A program made the position numbers and the translations under genes. Source: Lingula anatina (taxonomy: Eukaryota > Animalia > Brachiopoda). From it: a DNA stretch of 64,000 bases. This document shows positions 28,057 to 41,765 of this stretch, one piece after another. The stretch's first letter is position 1, and each line of letters opens with the position of its first letter. The stretch spans positions 23,402,934-23,466,933 of the forward strand of contig CM120645.1 of NCBI GenBank assembly GCA_051362555.1. Direction: 5' to 3'. The notes beneath the pieces are model-generated. The model worked only from the letters and a program-made list of their open reading frames with translations, was not told the DNA's origin and did not search any database.

Positions 28057-31000
28057 TTAGACACGAGTCATCAAGGCCCACATCATACCCCCCATTATGA
28101 CGTAGAATGGGGGACGAATGCCGCCAGCTGCAGAGACCAGTGCAGGCACAGGAGAGTCCTGGATCTCAGGAATAGTGGTCACCCACAGTTTCCATCGACT
28201 GGGAATGACGTCAGAAGCAGACTTGGTGACGTCACCTAACTCGATGTATTCTTTCCCGTTTGCTGTATATTGTGGCCAGTTTGTGGACGGCGGGTCAGGT
28301 TTGTTAGGATCCCTTTATTAAACAAATGAAAACTATTCTGTATTAGTGCAAGGCATCAACATACAGTGAATGTTAGAACTGTATATAGAAAAACTAATTC
28401 CTGGAAATTCCTGCAGTTTTCTTTAACCACCCAGGTTTATTGAATGTTAGGCCTATTGAGAATGTTACTTTCTTAATCTCGTTTTCAGGTTCTTTGTTTC
28501 GTAATCGAGATATGAATTGGCGAACTAGTATAACGGTTTTTGCAAACACCTCTTGGTAACTAAGATATATCAATGTAGCTGTATGTTCCTCCCTACCGTC
28601 AGAGAAAAATAAATTCAACTATACTTTATACTTGTTGTAACGCCAGAATTATTATATCTATACTCACCCTGTTTTAGCAAAATTAGCCCAATACTTCATC
28701 ATTTCGAAAGAAATCCTCTTGTCTTCGTTATCAAACTCGACGCCGTCATCAAACATTGTGGGGTGATCCGGACCAAGGAGGTACGAAAGGTCATCTGCGT
28801 GGTTTGACCGATCGAACCAAGGAGGGGTTTTCAAAACATAGCCATATGAAGGTACCTTTGTGAGGTAGTACAGATATGTAGAGCCACCACCTGGTGATAC
28901 GTGTTTATCTGTCAGAATTGCCACCGGTCCTGCTAACGCCCAGTCTGTCACGATGTCGACGTAGCGGTTAGCAGTGTCATATCGATTGGCTGTGCCGTTG
29001 TAGTATTCCTTCACCAGAACGTTCTCAATCTCGGCTTCGTGGCCAGGCGCGACTTGCTTCGCCACATCAGGGATGAACTTGTCTCGCAACTCTGCAGGGG
29101 TGATCCCGTTATCAATATCATGGGTCAATATCGCCCCGTCTCCGTCAGTGAAACCTCCCAAACAGTCCAGAGAACGCAAGTGTCGCATCACTTCTGAATC
29201 AGGGTTTTTAAACATTTCTGATACGGATTCTGGGAACATATCACCATCGACCTCGGCGCTATAATGAAGGGCTCCAGAGACACCTATGGTAGCAACGATG
29301 CTCGCGTCTAGGAATCGGTCAGCTGTGTTTTTCCGTAGACAGTCGAGGAGTTTTGGCCTCTCTGTTGGCCCAGCGTGGCAGCCTAGAATGTCGCCAATTC
29401 TTAAAGAAAGTGTTGCAGCTTTTTCCGTCGACCACGCCCAATATGCCCCTGGTCCGCCGCTTTGAGGAATGAAGCGCTGAAACAAGCCTTTGGCTTTTGT
29501 GGTAAGAGCAAGCTGGGAGGCACTACTACCCCCAGCAGATTCTCCGAATATAGTAACGCTGAAAAAAGATTCAGATTAAAAATGTTTAAATATGTGCTTC
29601 AAGTAGAATTTATGATCACATTATAAAAGGAGCATGAATAAGATATTCACAAAAGAGAGTGAAGAGAGCGTTATTGTCACTGTTATTTATTTATTTTTGC
29701 CCTCTCTAAGGATAGGCAGAAAATCAAATTTCATTTCTTAACAAACGGGTTTGAATCCGGCGTTTGAAACCGGCGAAGTCATTTCAACAGACGAATAGGA
29801 AGGCAGGCAGTCAATGTTAAAGCATAACATTATGGATAATCTTACTTTTTAGGGTCACCACCAAAGGCTCCAATGTTGTCTTGTACCCACTTCAGGCCCT
29901 CAATCTGATCCCACAGTCCCAGATTACCAGGTGCATTAGCGCCATCTATACTCAGGAAACCAAATGGTCCCAGGCGATAATTTACTGATACAACGATTAC
30001 GTCGCCTCTTGCAGCTTATGAAATTATAGAAATTATACATTATATATCTAAATTTGATTTCATGAATAATGTAATAGAACAATTACTTTCTTTCTTATTT
30101 TTTCTTCCCATTCCACTTTCTCGTTTTCTCTTCCATCCGTTCCCTTTAATTGTGTGACTAAAAGAAGTCATTTTGAAGCAAATAATACTGTACATTGATA
30201 CTGGGCGTTAGTTCACATGAAAGATTTCATATTTCTCTTAGATATTTAAAGTTGCCCACGGGGCGAAGAGTCAACAAAGCTAAATTCACTCTTAGGTTCC
30301 AGGAGACTCCGAATCACAAAATTACGAGATTTTCACAAAGAGAGAAAGCCATCTTGGTTTACAAGGTTTGTAAAGGACCTACCAAATTCGGTGAAATCAT
30401 AGTGAAAACTTCCGCCAGTGAAGTAGCCTCCGCCATGAATCCAGAACATTACAGCTTTGAAGCCAGGGGTATCAGGAACAAACACGTTGAGTGTCAGGCA
30501 ATCTTCTGATATCTGCAGTGGAAAATAAGTTATAAATTACATACGCCCTACATCTAGTGCCACTAGTCGTGGGGCAACAATATATGAGATGTCACAGAGT
30601 TCCGTAGGTTAGGAAATTTTCCCAATCCGCCTAGATAATGCTGCAAGAAACAGCCATGTTACTTGAGAATGCAGTGGCATCAAAAATTCACCGTAGCGAA
30701 TTTGCTTCTTCGATTTGCAGACGTTACAGTAGCGTTTTTGTGGAATTTTTTTTCAAACAAATCTCCCTCACCTGAACAGAAGCAGAAGCCCTTGAGGTTG
30801 TGAATAAAACAACAGAAATAGACAATTGTGCAATTGCTTATATTTATCGCGTTGAAATTAAGACAAACATTCTAAGATAAAAAAACGGGAAAGTTTTTTC
30901 TTGGCCAAATATAGGACCCTCTTACATAGCGAACCCCATTATACAAAAGCAAAACAGTTGTGTAAATCACCAGATGGTCCTGCCTGAAAAACGAAAATAT

Positions 31001-31423
31001 TACATTTCACACTTTTAATTTGAATTCAAATTTAAGATATCAAAGTGCGCTTTTCCTTTTGAGGGAAATTAACCATAAATATTCTTACAGTATGTGAAAT
31101 ATTTTTGCAGTATGTAAACTTTGTCTACCTACTTTTTTCGGATTAGGAAATCCATATGGATTAGGTCTCTGCATGCAAGCTGGACCGTACTCTGTGGCGT
31201 CTTTCACCCCTGCCCAGTGGCTCGCAGGCTGGGGCTTTGCAAATCTAAGGTTCCTAACTGGAGGCTTGGCAAAGGGAATTCCCAAAAATTCGTTCACGGT
31301 TATCCCGCTTACTGTTTTGTTGAAACCTCGTATTCTACCGGTGCTGATGGTGACTTCTAACTGGCTGTCTACTACAGTTACTGACAAAATAAGCAAAGAC
31401 AGGTATCTAATCCACCAAGCCAT
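28057..31423 (-). CDS. Type-B carboxylesterase, copy 2, ~578 aa
   Basis: Exons 31133-31423, 30383-30512, 29846-30014, 28668-29558, 28057-28312 join in frame. GESAG, FTDGDG, SNHADDL; tail [26 protein letters not shown]. Confidence 0.93.
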
Positions 31424-32671
31424 TTTATGAAAGTATCGTCGGAAGTTGACACCCAAAGAAGTTCACGAGTTTAAACCAAAATGCACAGAAGAGCTGCAAA
31501 TTTATAGCTGTCGCTGTCGTCAGTATTAGGAGGATGTTGGCAACGGTTTACTCATGTGACGGGGATTCAAGTATCAATAAGAACTATGATCAAACGATCC
31601 CTGATATGATTAGTACTAAATCGTGTTCTACATTCTCCTCGAAAAACCATTCATAACACGATAAAAATTGTTTTTCGGTTTTGAAAGTGTTGTCATGCCA
31701 TTCTCACTAACTACATTTTCTAACTTGAGATAATGAATTTTAGAGATGAACTGTTCTTAATAGATAAAAGACAATTAAAACGAAGTTTCCGCCTTGGTAA
31801 TGTAGATAATCCAGTGTTATTTTAATCTTAAAAGATATCAAATACAATGTAATACTTGTTAATATATAATTAATTATTTGGCATTAAATAATATTAATAC
31901 CTCTTATGGGATCATTGTTTAAAGTGAAGACTTTTAAGGTCAAAGATTTTCACAGCTTTTATTCAAACATGCTAATTGTTTAGGCAATAATCCCCCCAAT
32001 ATAGATTTATCCTTACATAATTGCAACAGTGTTTTCATAACCTAAGTGCATTTGCTGAAAATCTTCAAATCAAATATTTAAAGTAAAAAGTTCCTTGCAT
32101 AAGAAACCAAATATTTTGTAAATAGACCTACAATTCCCATAGAAAATTACACCCTTGAAAAACCTTTGATCATGGCTATAATTTCAGTCAAATTATGACA
32201 TAAAATGTGAATACATGCAATCTCCATCTGGGAAGAATAATTGTCATGTCATTTGATAATTACGAAATGTCCAACTTCAGTCACTATTATCACATTATTT
32301 GTGCACCAGAAACATGTAGACAGGGTTTCCTGTACTTTTTGTAGTTTTCTTACGATCATCTATTAAATACAGAATGGACGGCAAAACCCCAAAATAATGA
32401 TATTTTACACAAAATGTCTCTAAACATTAGTAATTTCATTCTTCAATTTAAGTTTTGAATGAAATGCATATGCTAGTTTTTTAGTTGTAAGCCATTTAAT
32501 GCAGTAAATTACTAAATTATATTTATCCACGTACGATACTAATCACTGAATTCAAGTGTAGCCGAGTAACACATAAAAAAATCGACCATATTTCATAAGG
32601 ATCAGCCTCTTTATTCCTTCCTCAGTCCTGTATACTTACACATGCACACTCACGTGGAATTGCGAACACTG

Positions 32672-33016
32672 ACAAAGAATAGTGTTGAGCGGTGATTTTA
32701 TACTACCCGCTCACGTGACTGCTAAAAGACCTGACACGTGACTTACAAAGAATAGTACTGAGCGGGAACTTTATACTACCCGCTCACGTGACTGCTAAAG
32801 ACCTGACACGTGACTTACAAAGAATAGTACTGAGCGGGAACTTTATACTACCCGCTCACGTGACTGCTAAAAGACCTGACACGTGACTTACAAAGAATAG
32901 TACTGAGCGGGAACTTTATACTACCCGCTCACGTGACTGCCAAAAGACGTGACACGTGACTTACAAAGAATAGTATTGAGCGGTAACTTTATACTACCCG
33001 CTCTTGTGACTGCCAA
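32672..33016. repeat. 73-bp minisatellite, ~4.7 copies, with internal inverted repeat and CACGTG motifs
   Basis: Units start at 32672, 32745, 32817, 32890 and 32963. Each has a GAGCGG..CCGCTC stem, and each full unit has two CACGTG. There are no unique spacers. Confidence 0.92.
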
Positions 33017-33898
33017 ATAGGCGGGAATGCTTTACGTAATACTGTACTGACATTTTGTAACCCTATTACACAAGCTAGCTTTGCCAGTGCTGGTTAGCTC
33101 CATACTACAAACAACGATTCTAAAATCGATGGACCAGTTAATGCACCAGGATGAGACTTTTAAGTCACAATTGTCGCGTCCTGGTGCATTATCTGAGTTA
33201 AAACTCAACTAACACATTGGCTGCAAGTGAACAACTTTTAAAGTTGTACGTGGATATCAGTTCATCTGCGTTTACGAGGCACATGGCTTTTTTTCCTACA
33301 AAGGTGATTTCAGTATGAATTTTAACACGCTACACTCCAAAATTATCCATGAGATAATCCACTAAGACAATTATTTTATTGCATGATTAAACTCGTACAA
33401 AATTTTGAGATAGAAGACAAACCGTCTCCAGAAGAAACTTTCGAATAATATACATGTATTAATTACAAATTTGCAATGATAAAAAAGAAAAATGTGCATC
33501 TGGCATCTTAATAACCAGGCAAAACAAGTTAGTTGGCGAATTAAAGTTACTGTTCCCGAGAACTGACCAATAAATTCAATAATAAGATTATAATTCTGTT
33601 AAACAACAAGGCAAAAATCACCTTTTGCATAATAATAACGATTCTGAAATAATAATTTTAACAATCTTATACTTTTTTTGAAGAGGGTAACGCGTGTAAG
33701 TGTTATCTTCCAAATGACCCTTGTGTCGTTCATGGCCCTCGTATATTCATCGTGCTCATAGTTGATTGAAACGTTGTAAAACTTATTATTCAACACACTA
33801 ATTTCACTCTGTTCCTACTCTGAATATTGTCTGAATACTGAAATAGATTTTAGTGTACCAAGAAGTGTACGTTATATGAACCTTTTCTATATGTTTTA

Positions 33899-36800
33899 TT
33901 AGGGACGTGTTATCAAAGCCCACATTATACCCGCCACTATGACGTAGAATGGGGGACGAATGCCACCAGCTGCAGAGACGGTAGAAGCCTGGATCCCCGG
34001 AATGGTGGTCACCCACAGCTTCCATCGACTGGGAATGACGCCAGAATCAGACTTGGTGACGTCACTTAACTCGATGTATTCTTTCCCGGTTGCTGTGTAT
34101 TGCGGCCAGTTTGTGGACGGCTGGTCTGGTAGATTCGGATTCCTATATTGATTAAATTGAAATTATACTGGATAAGTAACATAAAGGCGTGGAATGCATA
34201 TGCGACCTTATAGTTTAATCTGGTGTTTAAATAGCTACCATATAACTTAACTTTCCCAACATCACATAAGTCTGTTACGATGTTTGCATGTAGTTAAATT
34301 AAAAAGTAGTGCAATAACACATAGATCTTTCTCTTGATTTAACTAAATATTTCTGATAATTAAGCGTTTGTATCTGGATACATTTTAACAGATCTATCGT
34401 ATTTTATTACACAAATATTTCACTTACTGATATGCTTAATGTATACAAGTCAAAAGAGTTGTCTTATTTTAAAAGCTTCTTAAAAGAAGCAGCAGAAGAA
34501 TAACATTAGAATATGAAACATGGTGATACCATCAGATTTATCATATCTATACTTACCCTGTTTTAGCAAAGTTTGCCCAATACTTCATCATTTCATAAGA
34601 AATCCTCTTGTCTCCGTCATCAAACTCCACGCCGTCACCAAACATAGTTGGGTGATCCGGACCAAGGAGGTAAGAAAGGTCGTCTCCGTGGTTTGACCGA
34701 TCGAACCAAGGAGGGAATTTCAAAACATAGCCAAATGAAGGTACCTTTGTGAGGTAGTACAGATATGTAGAGCCATTACCCGATGACGCGTGTTTAGTTG
34801 TCAGAATTGCCACCGGTCCTGCTATCGCCCAGTCCGTCATGATGTCGACGTAACGGTTAGCAGTGTCATATCGATTAGCTGTGCTGTTGTAGTATTCCTT
34901 CATCAGAACGTTCTCAATCTCGGCTTCGTGGCCAGGTGCGACTTGTTTTGCCACATCAGGAATGAACTTATCTCGTAACTCTGCAGGGGTGATCCCGTTA
35001 TCGATGTCATGGGTCAATATCGCCCCATCTCCGTCATTGAAACCTGCCAAACAGTCCAGAGAACGAAAGTGCTGTATGACTTCTGAATCATGGTTTTTAA
35101 ACATGTCTGATACAGATTCTGGGAACATATCACCATCGACCTCGGCGCTATAATGAAGGGCCCCAGAGACACCTATGGTAGCAATGATGCTCGCGTCTAG
35201 GAATCGTTCAGCTGTTGTTCCCCGCAGACAGTCGAGGAGTTTTGATCTCTCGGTTGGCCCAGCGTGGCAGCCTATAATATCGCCAATCCTTAAAGAAAGT
35301 GTTTCAGCTTTTTCCGTCGACCACGCCCAGTCTGCCCAGGAGGACCCACTCTGAAGAATGAAACGCTGAAACAGGCCCTTAGCTTTTGTGGTAAGAGCAA
35401 GCTGAGAGACACTGCTACCCCCGGCAGATTCTCCGAATATAGTAACGCTGAAAAAAAAAAGAGATTTAAAAAGTTAAAGCGTCACTGTAAGATTTGTTTC
35501 ACCCTCTGAGAGGATAAGCAAAAAATCAAATTTTGTTTATTAGCACACGGGTTTGAAACGGTAAAGTAGTTGTGGGAGATATCGAACTTGTCATTTTAAC
35601 AGACGGACAGGTGGGCAGGTAGGTAATGTGAAAGTAAATATTCCTAATAAACTTACTTTTTAGGGTCACCACCAAAGGCTCCAATGTTGTCTTGTACCCA
35701 CTTCAGTCCCTCAATCTGATCCCACAGTCCCAGATTTCCAGTTGCATTATTAGTGCCATCTATACTCAGGAAACCAAATGGTCCCAGGCGATAATTTACT
35801 GATACAACGATGACGTCGCCACTTGCAGCTTATCACAATGATAGAAAATATACACTGAATCTGTGAATTTGATTTCATATTTGATATGCACTTTTCCTTC
35901 TTTCTTATATTTTCTTTCCATTTTTCTCTTCGTTTTCGTTCTTATCATTTAACTTAGAGAAATACAATAGCATGAAAAATATCATCTATTTCAAGTTAAA
36001 TGTTTTCAGCTTACTTAATCTAAAATGCAATTTCTTTGACAGTTGGCGACCATAATGAATTAACTTAATTGCACCACAATGATTCCAAACAGTAAATGAA
36101 TATTTATTTACAAATTTACAACTTGCAAAGTTGGGCAAAATCTCGAATCAGTGGAAAGACTACCCACGTCTAACATTTTGCAGGTTATGAAATTTTAAGC
36201 ACGAACAAATAGGCGCCTCGGATCACCAGAACTGCCCAAAGGACCTACCGAATTCGGTGAAATCATAGTGAAAACTTCCGCCAGTGAAGTAGCCTCCGCC
36301 ATGAATCCAGACCATTACAGCTTTGACGCCAGGGGTATCAGGAACAAAAACGTTGAGTGTCAGGCAATCTTCAGATATCTGAAGTGAATTAATTACAGGT
36401 AATGCAGAAATAAACATTGTGATTTGATTTTGATGTGATATAATTATGCTGTCCCATCAAAAATGAAGAATTTGTTAAGTCGAGCTTATGTTGTAACAGC
36501 TGCGTTTTTTTTTTTTTTTGGGGGGGGGGTTAAGCACTGTAATATCGCTTATAAACAGACCAAACTCACCAGAAAATATATCAACGCCATTTAAACACAT
36601 ATTTTATCTCAACAATGAATACTACAATAAGTTCCATTGTATCTGTGGCGAAGCGTAGGTCTTTCTGTTTGTTCTGCTTTCGTGATCATGCTAATTTTCA
36701 TAATTTTCCAATAAATATAAAGTTACTAAACCTACTTTCTTCGGATTAGGAAATCCAAAAGGGTTGGGTCTCTGCATGCAAGCTGGACCGTACGCCGTGG

Positions 36801-37026
36801 CGTCTTTCACCCCTGCCCAGCTGCTCGCAGGCTGGGGCTTTGCAAATCTAAGGTTCCCAACTGGAGGCTTGGCAAAGGGAATACCTAAAAATTCGTTCAC
36901 AGTTATCCCGTTCACTGTTTTGTTGAAACCTCGTATTCTTCCTGTTGTGATGTTGACCTCTAACTGGCTGTCTACTATAGTTACTGACAAAATAAGCAAA
37001 GGCAGGTATCGAATCCACAAAGCCAT
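33899..37026 (-). CDS. Type-B carboxylesterase, copy 3, ~575 aa
   Basis: Exons 36736-37026, 36249-36378, 35657-35828 (one extra codon), 34557-35447, 33899-34142. [18 protein letters not shown]; tail [21 protein letters not shown]. Confidence 0.93.
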
Positions 37027-37197
37027 CTCATTAGCGTTCCTGACGAAGTTTATGTCCTAAAATCCGAGAAGTAAAGACCAAAATATCTAGAAGAGCTGCA
37101 AAATTATAATTTTCGCTCTCATAGATATTGCACGGAAGTTGAGAGCAGTTAACTCATAAAATGTGAGTACTGCATGTATCTATAGACACTTAAGTCA

Positions 37198-37560
37198 TAA
37201 TAATACCTCTGCAATAAAACCTTAATCATGGCATGCATTGTCCTCAGGAAAACGACGTATTGTTTTAACTTCGATAAAAGCACTGTTTTTCCTTTTCAAG
37301 AATTTTAAAAAGCATTGTTATGCTTTTATTACCTGCCTAATTTCTAATTTCAGATTGCATTTGAGTAATAAAACCTCTGTAATAAAACCTTAATCATAAC
37401 ATGCATTGTCATCAGGAAAACGTCGTATTGTTTCAACTTTGATAAACTGACTATTTTTCCTGTTCAAGAGTTTTTTAAAGCATTGTTATGCCGTTATTAC
37501 CGGCGTAATTTCTAATTTCAGATTGCACTGTGGTCATAAAACCTCTATAATAAAACCTTC
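37198..37560. repeat. ~168-bp tandem repeat (just over 2 copies) upstream of esterase copy 3
   Basis: TAATAAAACCTCTGTAATAAAACCTTAATCAT-like blocks near 37200, 37367 and 37536. The first unit recurs at 63890-64000. Confidence 0.7.
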
Positions 37561-38754
37561 AAGTGCGTGTCAGTGGGTTAGATTAATATATAGGGGCAGG
37601 TTTTATGTAAAACTTCAATCAGATTTGTGTCTTCGGAGATTTGTTTATGATTATATTAATCATTCTGGGTAACCTTCAATTAAAGAAAACGACCAGTTTG
37701 CTTCTTCAGTTCATTGTAAGAAAGGAATCATCCTCCATTTTAGTGCAATAATTTCTTCATACATATCATACTGGGAGAGTGGATACTTAAAATCATTCAA
37801 GTAGATAACTACAAGTAGCTGACCGAAAGGCACTTGAAAGTGTCCAATCCAAGAACAGAATATAAAAAAATGACGTGAACATGTTGAATACCATCTGCTT
37901 CTGGAGCCCATAAATGAAATGGACGAGATACCAGTAGACTGTTGGATGGGTGAAAGCTCTTTACCAATAACTTGCTGTTTTGTTCAGGGTGAAGAATGTA
38001 GAATTTTGTCGTGTATTCATCTATTTAATTTACATTTTTCTATAAACAAGATAACTTTGCCAACTTTGATAAGCATCACACATAGAATGAACGACGATTT
38101 TTAGGAAACGAACCGTCAAGTTGAATGCAACGGTTGAGCATCTCAAGATGTGAGGGTTGTGACGAGGCTCAATGACACAATGACAGCAAGTGCCCAGTAT
38201 TGCCACAGTCCTTTAGTTTAATGAATTTCATCTATGTGCACAGAGCACACGCCTTTTTTCACACAAAATTTTATCTCAATATTTATTTCAACAAGCTTCA
38301 GTTCATAAAATGCTCACATGACGAACAAATCTTAAGTTTTTAAAGGTTTATTAAACATTTTTTTCATGATTGAATCTACATTGCTGGAGATAAAGAGACA
38401 AGATTTGTCAGAAACACAAATTCCATAGGCAGAATTACAGCAAAATGTCCTTATTATTAATCAACTTGTCTTTATCGTTCCAATAAAGGTGAGTTTTTAC
38501 AAATATGGTAGTTAATTAATGTTTTTAGTAAAATATTAGTTTATTAATCTGTTATACAATCAGAAAAATAACTAATTGATACTTGAGTGCCTTTTGTATA
38601 TTTATGATGCTGATAATTATTATATACATGTATCAGTTCATTCGACACAACACATTCAGTAACATCTTTACTGTAAATACTAAAATAGTGTTAAATTTAG
38701 TCAATCTGGGTTCCACTACAGCAATAACGCATATATACGTCCAGTGAACCTTTT

Positions 38755-40260
38755 TTATGCTTTATATAAGCCATGTGCCACCAAAGCACACATCATACCC
38801 CCCATTATTCCGTAGAATGGGGGACGAATGCTGCCAGCTGCAGAGACCAGTGCAGGCACGGGAGAAGCCTGGATATCCGGAATAGTGGTCACCCACAGTT
38901 TCCATCGACTTGGAATGACGTCAGAAGCAGACTTGGTGACGTCACCTAACTCGATGTATTCTTTCCTGGTTGCTGTATATTGTGGCCAGTTTGTGGCCGG
39001 CGGGTCTGGTAGATTAGGGTTCCTATATTGATTGAATTAAAATTATACTTAATTAAGATAATAAGGCGTGGAATGCATATGCAACCTGAAAGTGTGTTTG
39101 AATTTCTAAATAAAATTTTAACTTTCCCAACCTCCCATAAAACTGTTAGGATGTTTACATGTACTTAAATTGTAAGGTAGTGCAAAAACAAATACATCTT
39201 TCTTTGCGCGGAATATGTTCGTTTGTAAAACGTTTGAATCATCTAAACAGACCTATCTTACTTCATTACACAAATATCTCACTAACTGATATGCTTAAAA
39301 GTCAACAAAATTGACCTATTAAAGAGGCAATAGAAGAAGAACATAACCCTAGACTATGAGTCATAGGATACGTACCATCAGAATTACAAGATCTTTACTC
39401 ACCCTGTTTTAGCAAAGTTCGCCCAATATTTCATCATTTCGTAAGAAATCCTCTTGTCTCCGTCATCAAACTCCACGCCGTCATCAAACATTGTAGGGTG
39501 ATCCGGACCAAGGAGGTACGAAAGGTCGTCTGCGTGGTTTGACCGATCGAACCAAGGAGGGAATTTCAAAACATAGCCAAATGAAGGTACCTTTGTGAGG
39601 TAGTACAGATATGTAGAGCCATTACCCGATGCTGAGTGTTTATCTGTGAGAATTGCCACCGGTCCTGCTAACGCCCAGTCTGTCATGATGTCGACATAGC
39701 GGTTAGCAGTGTCATATCGATTAGCTGCGCTATTGTAGTATTCCTTCATCAGAACGTTCTCAATTTCAGCTTCGTGGCCAGGCGACACTTGCTTGGCCAA
39801 ATCAGGGATGAACTTGTCTCGTAACTCTGCAGGGGTGATCCCGTTATCGATGTCATGGGTCAATATGGCCCCATCTCCGTCAGTAAAACCTCCCAAACAG
39901 CCCAGAGAACGAAAGTGCCGGGAGACTTCTGAATCAGGGTTTTTAAACATGTCTGATAAGGATTCTGGGAACATATCGCCATCGATCTCACCGGAGGATC
40001 CCAGGGACGCCTGTGGTAGCAACTATACTCGCGTCTAGGAATCGATGAGCTGTTGTTTCCCGCAGACAGTCGAGGAGTTTTGACCTTTCTGTCTCCCCGG
40101 CGTGGCAGCCTATAATGTCGCCAATCTTTAAAGAAAGTGTTGCAGCTTTTTCCGTCGTCCACGCCCACTCTGCCCAGGCGGACCCGCTCTGAGGAATGAA
40201 ACGGTGAAAAAGGCCTTTGGCTTTTGTGGTAAGAGCAAGCTGAGAGACACTGCTAGCCCC
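38755..40260 (-). pseudogene. Carboxylesterase copy 4: 5'-deleted, frameshifted pseudogene
   Basis: Only exon 5 (38755-39022) and most of exon 4 (39403-40260) remain. There is a net 8-nt deletion near 39990 relative to copy 5. At 40260 the coding sequence is cut within GESAG and fused to sequence matching the copy-2 upstream flank (31700 onward). Confidence 0.92.
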
Positions 40261-41765
40261 ATTCTCACTAACTACATTTTCTAATTTCAGATAATGAATT
40301 TTAAAGATGAAACTGTTCTTATAGATAAAAGACAATTGAAACAAAGTTTCCGCCTTGGTAATGTAGATAATCCAATGTTAATAAGATATCAAATACAATG
40401 TAAAACTTGTTAATATATAATTAATTCTTTGGCATTAAATAATATTAATACCTCTAATGGGGACATTGTTTAAAGTGAAGACTTTTGAGGTCAAAGATTT
40501 TCACAGCTATAATTCAAACATGATCATTGAACAGCCAATAATTACCTCAATAAAGTTTCTTCCCTACAAAATTGCAATAGTATTTTCACAACCAAAATGC
40601 ACTTGTTGAAAATTTTTAATATCCAATATTTTAATATTAAAAACGTAAAAGTTGCTTGGATAAGAAACCAAAAAATTTTTTAATAGGCTTACAATTCCCA
40701 TAGAAATGTACCTCCTTGAAAATAAAACCTTTGATCATGGCTAATTTCAGTCAAATTATAAAATACATGCAATTTACAACTTAAAATAATGATTAGGTTA
40801 TGATTCTGTTACACAACAAGGTAATCAGCAAAATTACCTTTTATATATTAATAATAATGAAATCACTATAACAATACACTTTTTTGAAGAGGGTAAGGCG
40901 TGTTAGTGTACAATTATCTTCCAGATGACCCGTGTGTCCTTCATGGCCCTCGTATATTCATCGTGCTCATAGCTGATTGAAACGTTGTATAAACTACTTA
41001 TTCACGTGTTAAACACACTTTCCCTCTGTTAAGTGGTAATTTTTAAATTTTATCGTTATCCTTTCGACGCTGCTGCTTAAACTTCTGCTACTATCACCAC
41101 CACCACTGCTACTACTAGTACTAGTACCTATTATTATTATTATTGTTGTTATTGTTGTTGTTGTTGTCCAGCGCCATTAGAAATAAATAATTATTGGTTT
41201 TTAATATCCGTTTTTGTTGCTGTTAAAAACTTTTATGCATTGCTTAATGTCTTTTTCAAAACAACTGACAAATACACGGTATTTGGGACTGAATTTAAAT
41301 GTTGTCATCAGCACTAACATTCTGCAACACTTGTACTACAACAGGGTATAAATACAGTTATAAATAAAGTTATGGAAAGTATGTAAAGCTTTGATTTTTT
41401 TGCCCCACTGAATGTCCAGCGTATTTCATGGACAGTCGGACATATATCCAGTTAGAATATTTTACTGCGCATTCTGTCTTATGTCTCTTTAGGACGTGGA
41501 CTGAGGTAACTTTCATGTTTACATTTCAGGCGCTGCCTACAGTCAAGAAGTACATGCAATCTGATAGGTTCTTGAAAAAACCAATATGGAACAAGTATGC
41601 TGATTGGAGGGGTGATTGAAGAAGGAAAAGGGAGAACAGATAATCTAATGGGAGAGTGCTATCTAGAGCGCAGGGCACTAAGACAGAAAAGATTGTGCTG
41701 TTATTATGGTGGTACACGTACATGTTATGCCATCTTTCACTGTTTTGCAGTAAGCCAGTAATGCT

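Noticed and set aside
32672-33016. Regularly spaced palindromic repeats resembling a CRISPR array
   Set aside because: The intervening sequences are identical rather than unique spacers, there are no cas genes, and the context is eukaryotic. It is a minisatellite.
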